DNA from: Promethearchaeota archaeon
Lineage (GTDB): Archaea > Asgardarchaeota > Lokiarchaeia > Sigyniarchaeales > SOKP01
NCBI GenBank assembly: GCA_016839765.1
Contig: JAEOTP010000055.1
Location: 1-16,923, forward strand
Direction: 5' to 3'
DNA length: 16,923 nucleotides
Below, piece by piece: positions 7,446 to 16,182 of this stretch. How positions within the stretch are numbered: the stretch's first letter is position 1; every line of letters begins with the position of its first letter. Both the position numbers and the translations under genes were made by a program. The notes beneath the pieces are model-generated. The model made no database searches, had not been told where the DNA came from, and was given only the letters and a program-made list of their open reading frames with translations.

Positions 7446-7865
7446 ATGACAGAAAATTTATTGAATGAGATGATAAATAAAATAAATCAAATAACTTCTT
7501 CATTAGATGGTACTATTGCTCAGATTAATCAAATGAGTACAGCAATTCAAACCATGTCTCAGAAATTCTCAGAAGAAACGATCTCTGTCAATGAAAACAT
7601 TCGACTAATTGTCGAAGTACTAAAACAATTTAGAATGAAATCTAGTGAAAGTATTCAGGAATTAGCTGATACTTTTAATGCAAAATTAAAAGAATTATTT
7701 GATAAAAAATCTATAGAAGCTATATCAGAAGAAGAAAAGAAAGCCATAGATACAATTAGGAAAGCAGCTAAAACAGTTTCTAATAACCTCTATTACGCAC
7801 AACTTTTAAATATTATTCAATCAATTAGAGAAGAAACGAATAGAATAATGAGCTGTAAAGAATAA
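7446..7865 (+). CDS. Small coiled-coil protein B
   Basis: 139 aa, helical/heptad, GGTGA SD, 11 bp after the upstream stop. N-terminus resembles protein A (LLN..I..I.Q.....G). Confidence 0.82.
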   Translation: MTENLLNEMINKINQITSSLDGTIAQINQMSTAIQTMSQKFSEETISVNENIRLIVEVLKQFRMKSSESIQELADTFNAKLKELFDKKSIEAISEEEKKAIDTIRKAAKTVSNNLYYAQLLNIIQSIREETNRIMSCKE

Positions 7866-7939
7866 TAAATTCTTTAAATTATTATAATTACCAATTATTA
7901 TATTTTAGAAATATTTAATTTTAAGGAGTTTAAACATCT

Positions 7940-8842
7940 ATGCCAATTGGCAGTTTTGTGATATTATTACCATTAGATGCAGATTACAAAATTTCTGGAT
8001 ATTATTTTAAAGAAGGTAAATCAAATTTTGAGGTAACAAGCGATCTCTTTCTTAGATTAAATCTAGATCATACAAAAAACGAATATAATCTGTTAAAACT
8101 GAAAGATTTCCAAATTTTTTCATATCTTTATAGATTTAAAGGAAAACTAGCACGAAAGGCTTCAGGGGCAATAATTGGATTATTGTTGAAGGAAAATGAT
8201 AAGCCAGAGAAGTTTCGTTCATCCCTTAAATTGGGTGCTGAAGCAATAGAAATAATTGGTTTTAATTTAATAAACATGCCTCAGGATGATTTTAAATTAA
8301 TATTAAAAGATATTTACTTTGAGCATTTCGAGCCATTAATTGACATTTTAAAACCTGAAGCGCTAAAGGTAAGTATTATGTCAATCGCAAAATTTATGTT
8401 AAGTGGAGAAAAGAACGAAAGAAGAATTGCCACAGAACTTTTAAAAAAAGTAGAAAATGGTGAACATGAAAAAATATCTGAATATTATATTTCAGCTGAA
8501 AATGCCTTAAAATCATTAGATTACGATAAAGCTACGAAATTTTATAACAAAGCAGCCGAAGTTGCAGAAGAACTTTATATTATTGATATTGCTGAATCTT
8601 TAAATGAAAAAGCAAGTTTTTCAGGGCAAGTACCTGATTTATCAAAACAACGAGATAAAGCTGTACAATATGCAAGAACTTACCTTCGTAATGAGAATTT
8701 TCATTCAGCATATATTTCATACAAGAAAGCAAGTGAATTATCTAAAAAGTTAGTAGAATTTGATAAAGAAGAAGAATATCGATTAAAGGCTAAAGCTTTA
8801 GAAGAATTTTACAAAGTAGATGAAGAATACAAAAAAAGATAA
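7940..8842 (+). CDS. Putative longin/uDENN-like N-domain + TPR-like helical repeat protein
   Basis: The N-terminal ~110 aa show a beta-beta-alpha-beta-beta-beta-alpha pattern (MPIGSFVIL...ISGYY...FQIFSY...AIIGLLL...PEKFRSSL). Two C-terminal repeats: ALKSLDYDKATKFYNKAAEVAEEL and YLRNENFHSAYISYKKASELSKKL. Fold call by eye. Confidence 0.6.
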   Translation: MPIGSFVILLPLDADYKISGYYFKEGKSNFEVTSDLFLRLNLDHTKNEYNLLKLKDFQIFSYLYRFKGKLARKASGAIIGLLLKENDKPEKFRSSLKLGAEAIEIIGFNLINMPQDDFKLILKDIYFEHFEPLIDILKPEALKVSIMSIAKFMLSGEKNERRIATELLKKVENGEHEKISEYYISAENALKSLDYDKATKFYNKAAEVAEELYIIDIAESLNEKASFSGQVPDLSKQRDKAVQYARTYLRNENFHSAYISYKKASELSKKLVEFDKEEEYRLKAKALEEFYKVDEEYKKR

Positions 8843-8909
8843 ATAAATAATAGATCTAGTTTTATTGAATTTTTCTCTCTTGCTAAAGATTTGATAGATT
8901 TTCAAGATC

Positions 8910-9749
8910 ATGAAAGATTTAAAGAACAGAGTAATAGGATTAATTACAGATTTTGGTTCTAAAGGCTTACATTATGTAGCAACTATGAAGGCAGTCATAT
9001 TAAAAATTAATCCTAACGTTCAAATTATTGATATCAACCATTATATCACTCCATTTAATATTTATGAGGCCCGTTTTCTAATAAGTACAACATATAAATA
9101 TTTCCCCCAAGGTAGTGTATTTATTATAGTAGTTGATCCAGGAGTTGGAAGTTCTAGAGACATCTTAGCAATAAAATTAGTATCTGATTATTATTTTATT
9201 GGACCGAATAATGGAATCTTTACTAATGCATTTAAATCAAACGATATTAGTGAGTGTATAAAAATACAGAATGATAAGTATTTTATTAAACCTGTTTCTA
9301 ATACTTTTCATGGAAGAGATATAATGGCGCCGATAGGAGCCTATATCACGAAAAATGTTGAATTAAAGAATTTTGGTCCTTTTTTTGATTTAAAAGATTT
9401 TGCATCTTATCCTATTGAATATAAAGTCTCATTAAAAGAAAAGCAAATTAAAGGAATTATTCAATATATTGACCAATTTGGAAATGGAATAACAAATATC
9501 CCAATAGAGGCCAATAAAGTTGAGGGAAGTTCACTAAATTTGGAGGATGGAGATTTAATTCAATTTCGATTTAATGATAAAGAGTATAAAGGAATATTTA
9601 CTTCATTCTTTAGCTCTCAACCACCAAAAACTCTATTATTTATTAAAGGATCAACAAATTATCTCGAAATCTCAATTAATCAAGGTAATGCAGCAAAACA
9701 AATTGGTTTTAAGGTGGGAGATACTCTTATATTTAATGTAAAGGAATAG
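8910..9749 (+). CDS. SAM hydroxide adenosyltransferase (DUF62; chlorinase/fluorinase superfamily)
   Basis: Motifs LITDFG, VVDPGVGSSR, FIGPNNG, SNTFHGRDIMAP, YIDQFGN, LEISINQGNA. Confidence 0.93.
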   Translation: MKDLKNRVIGLITDFGSKGLHYVATMKAVILKINPNVQIIDINHYITPFNIYEARFLISTTYKYFPQGSVFIIVVDPGVGSSRDILAIKLVSDYYFIGPNNGIFTNAFKSNDISECIKIQNDKYFIKPVSNTFHGRDIMAPIGAYITKNVELKNFGPFFDLKDFASYPIEYKVSLKEKQIKGIIQYIDQFGNGITNIPIEANKVEGSSLNLEDGDLIQFRFNDKEYKGIFTSFFSSQPPKTLLFIKGSTNYLEISINQGNAAKQIGFKVGDTLIFNVKE

Positions 9750-9759
9750 GATCAAATTT

Positions 9760-10911
9760 ATGGAAAAAGAAATTTTAGCTTGTATTGAGAATAAAAACAT
9801 AAAGTTTCTTCATTCGGGTCAAATTTCAAAATATACCTTTCCTATGGAAAGACATGAAGCACATCAGAAAAAAATTAGCCATATTATTATTAGGTTTTTT
9901 ATAGTTACTATTTCACCAGATAATAAGATTTTATTTCTTGTTCAAAAAAGAAATAAAAAAAAGAAACAATTTCCAGAATATTTTACTGATTCAGCATCTG
10001 GACATGTACTCTATAAAAAAAATTTAAATTTAAATAATATTAAAGAAAATGCGAAAAGAGAATTAGAAGAAGAATTTGGAATTTCCCCAAAATCAGTTAA
10101 AAGAATGAAATTTTATGATTTAAACGCCGAATCAAACAATACAACTACAGAGATAGCTTATACATTTTTAGGTTTAGTCCAATATAACACCGAATTAAAA
10201 CCTAACCCAGAAGAATTAGAAATTAAAGAAAGTAGATTTTATACCAAAAAAGAATTGATAAATTTACTAGAAAATGAACAATCAATAGATTATTCCAAAA
10301 AAATATGGGAAAAAATTGCTGAATTGGACATTTTCAAATATTTTGGATTAAATAATGATTTAAAAAGGAATGAGAAAACTAAAAAAGAAATTGCATTATT
10401 TATGGGAAGATTTCAGCCATTACATCATGGTCATATATATATACTTAATTATTTATTAAAAAATTTTAAATTAATAAAAATAGGGATTGGAAGCTCTCAG
10501 CTTTCTAAAACAAAATCGGATCCTTTCACAAGTAAAGAAAGAATTCAATTTATTCAAGCCGCTTTAGAAAAAAGAGGAATTTCATCTGGAAAATATAAAA
10601 TTTACGAAATTCCTGACATTTTTAACGCAAAAAAATGGGTTAATCATGTAGTATCAATCGTAGGAAATTTTGATGCAATTTTTTCTAATAGTGAATGGGT
10701 AAGACAACTTTTTCAAAATCAAGGATACAGACTTGGAAGAAAGTTAATTATATTTAAGAAGAAATATAATGGCTCTAACATTAGAAAACTAATTAATAAG
10801 AAAAATTCTAATTGGAAACGTTTAGTTCCAAAAGAAATTTTTCAATTAATGATTGAATTTGGCGGAATTCAAAGAATTAAACAGTTATATAATACACAGA
10901 AATCATTATGA
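9760..10911 (+). CDS. nadM: Fusion: N-terminal Nudix domain + nicotinamide-nucleotide adenylyltransferase (NadM)
   Basis: N-half: VQKR...K..FP.YFTDSASGHV...AKRELEEEFGI (IDI/YfcD-like Nudix). C-half: FMGRFQPLHHGH, GIGSSQ, DPFTSKER, W..HV, NGSNIR, W..LVP (archaeal NMNAT). Confidence 0.88.
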   Translation: MEKEILACIENKNIKFLHSGQISKYTFPMERHEAHQKKISHIIIRFFIVTISPDNKILFLVQKRNKKKKQFPEYFTDSASGHVLYKKNLNLNNIKENAKRELEEEFGISPKSVKRMKFYDLNAESNNTTTEIAYTFLGLVQYNTELKPNPEELEIKESRFYTKKELINLLENEQSIDYSKKIWEKIAELDIFKYFGLNNDLKRNEKTKKEIALFMGRFQPLHHGHIYILNYLLKNFKLIKIGIGSSQLSKTKSDPFTSKERIQFIQAALEKRGISSGKYKIYEIPDIFNAKKWVNHVVSIVGNFDAIFSNSEWVRQLFQNQGYRLGRKLIIFKKKYNGSNIRKLINKKNSNWKRLVPKEIFQLMIEFGGIQRIKQLYNTQKSL

Positions 10912-11987
10912 ATAAATTAAAATATTTAGAAATTGATGGAGCTTTTGGAGAGGGTGGGGGTTCAATTTTACGCTTGAGTGCTGGATTTTCAGTATTGTTC
11001 AACCAACCAGTAAGAATTAAAAATATTAGAGCTAATCGTCCAAAACCTGGTTTAAGGTTACAACATCTTATTGGTCTACAAACTTTGGCCAACTTAACAG
11101 GGAGTAAATTGAAAGCTTTGGATGGTGAATGTAAAATTGGTACTCGAGACCTTATATTTAAGCCAAATTTAAATATTCAAGACAAAATAAAAATTAATGT
11201 TAACACAGCAGCTAGTATTGGTCTATTACTTCAGCCAATTCAAATTGCTAGCTTAAATTTTATGAAAACTGCACAAATCGAAATTATTATTAACGGAGGC
11301 GGCACATTTGGTAAATGGGCGCCAAGTTTAAATTATTTAATGAATGTAACATACCAGATTTTCAAAAAAAGTGGATTAAGTATATCAATTGATATAAACA
11401 AATATGGTTTTTATCCAAAAGGCGGTGCGTCAACTAAATGTACAATTTTTCCACCAAAAGTTATGTTAAAACCATTAAACCTAAAGGAATTAGGGACTAT
11501 TGATTTAATTCAAGGCGAAATTATATTATCAAATCAATTAAAGCAAAGTGGTAGAAATATTGGAGAGAGAATTAAAAAGTCAATAAATTTAGAATTAAAA
11601 AATCATCTAAAAATTGAAACAGATATAAAGTATGAATATGTTGAAGCAACTAGTACTGGTGTGGGTCTTTGTCTCTGGGCTCGTTCAGATACAGGAGCCA
11701 TTATATCCTCGGGAACTATTTTAGGGGAGAGAAATATTACTTCAGAAAAATTAGGAAAAATTGCTTCAAAAGAAATTTTAAAATATATCAAGAATGATAT
11801 ACCTGTTGATAATCATTTAAGTGACCAATTAATACCTCTAATAGCTTATAATAAAGAACCATCATCTCTTAGGGTGCTTGAAATTACTAACCATACTAAA
11901 ACTAATTTAGAATTAGTGAACCTCTTTACTCAGAGAAGTTATGAAATTATTAAGGAAAAAAATTCTTTTATAATCGAATTAAATTGA
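10908..11987 (+). CDS. rtcA: RNA 3'-terminal phosphate cyclase
   Basis: IDGAFGEGGGSILR, IRANRPKPGLRLQHL, GGT...WAP, GFYPKGG, catalytic-His motif VDNHLSDQLI, ITNHTKTN. ATGA overlap with the upstream stop. Confidence 0.95.
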   Translation: MNKLKYLEIDGAFGEGGGSILRLSAGFSVLFNQPVRIKNIRANRPKPGLRLQHLIGLQTLANLTGSKLKALDGECKIGTRDLIFKPNLNIQDKIKINVNTAASIGLLLQPIQIASLNFMKTAQIEIIINGGGTFGKWAPSLNYLMNVTYQIFKKSGLSISIDINKYGFYPKGGASTKCTIFPPKVMLKPLNLKELGTIDLIQGEIILSNQLKQSGRNIGERIKKSINLELKNHLKIETDIKYEYVEATSTGVGLCLWARSDTGAIISSGTILGERNITSEKLGKIASKEILKYIKNDIPVDNHLSDQLIPLIAYNKEPSSLRVLEITNHTKTNLELVNLFTQRSYEIIKEKNSFIIELN

Positions 11988-12021
11988 TTATTTTTTTTAA
12001 AAAAAAAAAAGTTTTTTGAAG
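11988..12021. terminator. Bidirectional poly-T/poly-A terminator
   Basis: A long T run followed by a long A run between convergent rtcA and C45 peptidase stops. Confidence 0.55.
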
Positions 12022-13248
12022 TTAAATCGGAATTTTTTCTTGGGCAATAGCAGGTGTTCCAATTCCGAAATAACCCTTTGTTCTAAATGAGGTTGCAAAC
12101 GAAGCAAGAGTCCACATACCCAGAAGATTCTCAGGATTCTCGTATCTAAGAATGCTCGCATCAGTATAATCATTATAGCTTTCAATAGCTATGCCATTCT
12201 TAATAGTAAATTTTTTTCGTTTTTCTAATGCATTTATAATTAGTTCCTCAGCTTTTTTTTGTCGTGCGATACTATATATGGGATCTAGTAAAAAAACCTT
12301 TAAATCTTCTGAGACATAAGTATTGGTTCTAACAGCAAATCCCCTCTTTTCAATATTGCTAATAGTAACTATATTCGGAGCTGTCTCTAAAGCAATAGCA
12401 TTTCCTTTCTTATCACAAATGATATAGTTGAAATAACAAGTGAGATTAGAGGTTATTACTGAAATAAAATCTTTAGCAGTCCGACAAGTTTCAAATGCAA
12501 TCCTAGATTTTAGTGAGGTGGGAACTCCAAACTCAGCGAACGCCCACGATTGAATTAAATTCTGAGTGCATGAAACTCTCTTATTTTTACCTATTACTAG
12601 AGATGATGCACCCATTCTTAATGAGAATACTTCATTTTTTCTAAAGACTTTATGGTGTACCCATGCAAAGGTAGGGAAAAACGCAAGGCCAAAATCCATT
12701 GTTTGACCATGTACAACATTCCGTCTTGAATTTTTAACTGCAAAACCTGTACACGCCCCAATGTTTTGTTGAGAAATCTGTAAAGGAATTAAAATTCCAT
12801 AATATACGTCTAAAAAGACATGCTGAAGTAAAATTTCATAATAAGTCAATCCTGTAGCATCCGCAATTCCCAACATTTCTGTATAGTATGGCTCGGGTAT
12901 TTCATATTGAGAAGCAAAATAAAGAATAAGTTGAAAATCAAGATTATATGCATCAATAAAATAATCGATTAAATTATCAAATGCAATAATTTGGTAAGCT
13001 AAATATTGCCCAGTTAAATATCCTAGCGTATAATAGTCTAAGGCTTGAATATATAAGTACTTTTGATTATCTCCTCGCCATTCAGCAAAAGAATAATCTG
13101 AATCTCGACATGAGGAATCTAAAGATATATCATTTGGATTATAATTCCGTATGCTAGTATCTGCTACAGATACGACTCCAAAAGCAACTCCCATAAGAAA
13201 AATGGTTGTAAAGAATAAACCTATAACTTTTTTAACATAACTTTTCAT
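12022..13248 (-). CDS. Secreted C45-family Ntn-hydrolase (autoproteolytic acyltransferase/peptidase)
   Basis: N-terminal signal/TM segment (KKVIGLFFTTIFLMGVAFGVV), EMLGIADATG, nucleophile motif GA|CTGF, HGQTMD, FNYIICD, RTNTY. Confidence 0.8.
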   Translation of the reverse strand: MKSYVKKVIGLFFTTIFLMGVAFGVVSVADTSIRNYNPNDISLDSSCRDSDYSFAEWRGDNQKYLYIQALDYYTLGYLTGQYLAYQIIAFDNLIDYFIDAYNLDFQLILYFASQYEIPEPYYTEMLGIADATGLTYYEILLQHVFLDVYYGILIPLQISQQNIGACTGFAVKNSRRNVVHGQTMDFGLAFFPTFAWVHHKVFRKNEVFSLRMGASSLVIGKNKRVSCTQNLIQSWAFAEFGVPTSLKSRIAFETCRTAKDFISVITSNLTCYFNYIICDKKGNAIALETAPNIVTISNIEKRGFAVRTNTYVSEDLKVFLLDPIYSIARQKKAEELIINALEKRKKFTIKNGIAIESYNDYTDASILRYENPENLLGMWTLASFATSFRTKGYFGIGTPAIAQEKIPI

Positions 13249-13566
13249 ATAAACCCAACCTAATCTGTTATTATATTCAAATGATCTCTAAACCTTATTG
13301 TAAAGGTTAAAAGATTTAAAAATAGTATATCTTAAACTATAAAAAATACGCTAAAACTAAATTTTTTTCCTGTAAAATATTTAACAGCAAAAATAGCTCA
13401 GTAGTGAACTATTAATATTATCATTATTGGAGATTTGAATATTAAAGAAGTGGCTAAAAGAAAAAAACAAAGATTAATAAAACCTTAAACTATTGTATAT
13501 TTAATATGGGTTCTCTTGGTCGATTTTCTAAATTCAATAAGAATTGACGAATTGTATACAACCCAG

Positions 13567-13586
13567 AAATCGTAAAAAATCGTAAA
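13567..13586 (+). repeat. Perfect tandem 10-bp duplication (AAATCGTAAA)x2
   Basis: Seen directly, ending 2 nt before the ATG at 13589. Confidence 0.75.
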
Positions 13587-13588
13587 AT

Positions 13589-14488
13589 ATGTCATCGACT
13601 ACCAGATGTCCGAGATGTGGGAATGAAGTTCGCGCAGATTTTTTTGTATGTGCTTTTTGTGGTAAACGCTTAAGAATTGAAAGGATTGAAAATTTTTTAT
13701 TTTTTAAACGAATTGAAACTGAGTGGACTACTCCTGATCGATGGTATACTATCCTTTTATGGTTATTTATAAAACCTAATAAAGCATTTTGGAGTATTAA
13801 TCATCGCAGAAAATCTGCTCCAGGTTATTTTATATTACTCTTTAACGCATTACTTTTTGGAGTCATGGGGTTAGCATTTTTCTCTCATTTCAATATACAG
13901 GATATCCCTCCATTAGATTATAGAATTTTTTTTTATAATTTAGTAATCTTTTTAGCTTTCTTCATCTTTGGGTTGGCATACTTTTTCATTTTTGGATTTA
14001 TTTTAATATGGCTATTCAAAAAGGGAGCAAACTATGCAGTTGGTTTTTCAGAAAAATTAGAATCATTTTTTGGGGGGTCAGAAAGAGAAGAATATAGTGA
14101 AGCAGAAATGAGTGTATTCAGTATTTATAAAGGAGGTACTTTACATCAGCAACAGGCATTTAAATATAAAATGATGTTTTGCTCATTTGCTCCTTTCTTA
14201 TTAATTAATCTTATTGAAATTATCATTATTTTAGCGGGTTTTCCGACCGTATCCATAAATGTACTAGGTTTATTTAATCCAACTATATTTAGTCAAATTT
14301 TTAATTCTTCGACATGGACAGTTTTACATTTCATTGATGCTATAACAATTGCGGTATGGATTCCAATATTAGTTGCACTTTCTATCAGAGAATTATCAAA
14401 CTCATCAACAACTCGAGTCTTATTATCCTCTCTAATAATAGGGATATTGGTGGCAGTAATTTTCTTTTTTTTGCGCCCAACATTTTGA
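13589..14488 (+). CDS. Zinc-ribbon + Yip1-like multi-pass membrane protein
   Basis: CPRC-x10-CAFC, then 'LFIKPNKAFWSI' (Yip1-type amphipathic P..AF motif) and about five hydrophobic segments. Confidence 0.72.
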   Translation: MSSTTRCPRCGNEVRADFFVCAFCGKRLRIERIENFLFFKRIETEWTTPDRWYTILLWLFIKPNKAFWSINHRRKSAPGYFILLFNALLFGVMGLAFFSHFNIQDIPPLDYRIFFYNLVIFLAFFIFGLAYFFIFGFILIWLFKKGANYAVGFSEKLESFFGGSEREEYSEAEMSVFSIYKGGTLHQQQAFKYKMMFCSFAPFLLINLIEIIIILAGFPTVSINVLGLFNPTIFSQIFNSSTWTVLHFIDAITIAVWIPILVALSIRELSNSSTTRVLLSSLIIGILVAVIFFFLRPTF

Positions 14489-14556
14489 GGATAAATTTAT
14501 TAACTCTAAATCTTCTTTTTATATAATTACTAGCAATTAAATCATTAAATAGTTAG

Positions 14557-15213
14557 ATGCCTAAAGAGAAGGATAAAAAATCGATTCTCAATTCTAATAT
14601 TGAATCAGATCTATATTCAATCATTAATACAATACTAAATCTTTATAAGAAATATCAGAATGGAATTTTGAAAGAAAATTTCTTTCAGAAGTCTATTAAG
14701 AATAGTATGAATGAGCTTTTGAAAATTAATTTTCTATTAAATGAAAATAATATAATACTCTCTGAGCTACTGGATAACATGAATTTTACTAAAAGATACT
14801 ATGAAGCAATTGATATAATAAATAGACTATCCTCTCTAAATTTTCCAGACAGCTTTTTAAGAAAAAATAGTAAGGAATTTCCCGAATATAATAAAACTAT
14901 AAGTTCTTCTATGCTTGAGCTTCCGGGAGTCACAGCACAAATTACATCTTCTTTTATAACATTATTGGATGCCTTAAAATTAGATGCATTAAATAATAAA
15001 GATGTAATCATGAAATTATTTGAGGATTTAAAAAAAAATCTAAATAGATTCCCTGGTTTAGAGTTAGTTCAAATTAAATTCGAAAATCTTTATAAATATG
15101 TTATAGATAATTATCAAAAGTTTTCTAAAAATAAGGAATTTAGAGATTTAATAGGGGATGATCTATACAAATTATATCATGAATTTCAAGATAAATTGAA
15201 TTTGAAAGGGTAA
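14557..15213 (+). CDS. vps28: Vps28-like protein (ESCRT-I subunit homolog)
   Basis: N-domain ESDLYSIINTILNLYKKYQNGIL and C-domain TAQITSSFITLLDALKL...L..L...LNR...DLYKLYHEFQDKL. These follow the Vps28 patterns (LYSII.T...LEK.Y; A..T..FIT..DALKL; DL..AY..F...L). The 218-aa length fits. Confidence 0.85.
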   Translation: MPKEKDKKSILNSNIESDLYSIINTILNLYKKYQNGILKENFFQKSIKNSMNELLKINFLLNENNIILSELLDNMNFTKRYYEAIDIINRLSSLNFPDSFLRKNSKEFPEYNKTISSSMLELPGVTAQITSSFITLLDALKLDALNNKDVIMKLFEDLKKNLNRFPGLELVQIKFENLYKYVIDNYQKFSKNKEFRDLIGDDLYKLYHEFQDKLNLKG

Positions 15214-15305
15214 ATAAAATAATAAAATTAATTAACTTTTTAAAATTTTATATCATATTAATTTAAAAGTCAGATCTCAATAATAAGAAACGAAAGGGAG
15301 CTTAA

Positions 15306-15575
15306 TTGCCACGACCAGGATTAAGATCAAAAGCACAAGCAAGAAAAAAATTAAAAACTCCAGGTAATCGGAATACAACTCATTACTGGAGAAAAAAACC
15401 CAGTAAAGCTCACTGTGCGATTTGTAAAAAACCTCTTCAATCAATTCCGAGATTAAGACCATCTGAAATGAAAAAAACAAATCTAACTTCTAGAAGAGCT
15501 AATAGAATAGAGAGCGGACGATATTGCGCTAAATGTTTGCAAGTTTTAATTAAAGATTCAATTTGGCATTCATAG
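15306..15575 (+). CDS. rpl34e: 50S ribosomal protein L34e
   Basis: MPRP..RS, KTPG, CAIC.KPL..IPR, R.NR...G.YC.KC; GGGAG SD before TTG. Confidence 0.95.
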   Translation: MPRPGLRSKAQARKKLKTPGNRNTTHYWRKKPSKAHCAICKKPLQSIPRLRPSEMKKTNLTSRRANRIESGRYCAKCLQVLIKDSIWHS

Positions 15576-15645
15576 GCTTCTTTTTTAAAAATATTGTTTC
15601 TTTTCAATTTTAATTCTTAGTTCACATTTTAAAGGGTTATTTGAT

Positions 15646-16182
15646 GTGATTCTTTCAATTTCAGGATTTCATGGAACGGGAAAATCTACAATTGGAAAAT
15701 TAATTGCTGAATCTCTTGGAATTACATATTATTCCACTGGAGAAGCGTTTCGAGAACTCGCAAAAGAGAAAAAGATGACACTAGCAGAATTTACTGAATA
15801 CGTTGAGAATCACCCCCACGTCGATCTTGAATTGGACGAAAAAATCATAGAAATAGCAAAAAATGATAATATTATAATAGATAGCCAGCTTAGTGGATTT
15901 CTCCTTAAAGATATAGCCGAATTTAAAATACATTTAATTTGCCCAATTGATATAAGAGTTAAAAGAATGGCAGCAAGAGACCAAACATCATATAAAACAA
16001 AACTAAAAGAAACTACTTTAAGAGAAAAGTCAGAGTTGGAACGTTTCAAGAAGCTTTATAATATTGATTTAAATAATGTTAAGGAAGTAAATGAAACATT
16101 TGATTTGATTATAAATACAGAAAATTTGACTATAGAAGAAGTTTTAAAACTAATACTTTTAAAATTAAAAGAATATTATTAA
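15646..16182 (+). CDS. cmk: Archaeal cytidylate kinase
   Basis: P-loop ISGFHGTGKST, STGEAFRELA, D.ELD, R.KRMAARD, RE.SE.ERF.KLY.ID; conserved position between L34e and L14e. Confidence 0.9.
   Translation: MILSISGFHGTGKSTIGKLIAESLGITYYSTGEAFRELAKEKKMTLAEFTEYVENHPHVDLELDEKIIEIAKNDNIIIDSQLSGFLLKDIAEFKIHLICPIDIRVKRMAARDQTSYKTKLKETTLREKSELERFKKLYNIDLNNVKEVNETFDLIINTENLTIEEVLKLILLKLKEYY

Noticed and set aside
8910-9749. True halogenase (fluorinase/chlorinase)
   Set aside because: The DPGVG...R and TFHGRD motifs match the hydrolytic DUF62 group, and there is no biosynthetic context.
9760-10350. Isopentenyl-diphosphate isomerase type 1
   Set aside because: No catalytic Cys in the SASGH segment and an intact RELEEEFG Nudix box; a hydrolase is more likely.
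11985-11990. Sec readthrough of the rtcA TGA
   Set aside because: RtcA is complete at this stop and the downstream sequence is a T/A homopolymer terminator.
11997-12185. 62-aa minus-strand ORF
   Set aside because: Alternative frame overlapping the C45 gene's 3' end and running into the homopolymer terminator.
13539-13549. AAGAATTGACG resembling a conserved SSU rRNA segment
   Set aside because: Too short and imperfect, with no flanking rRNA similarity.
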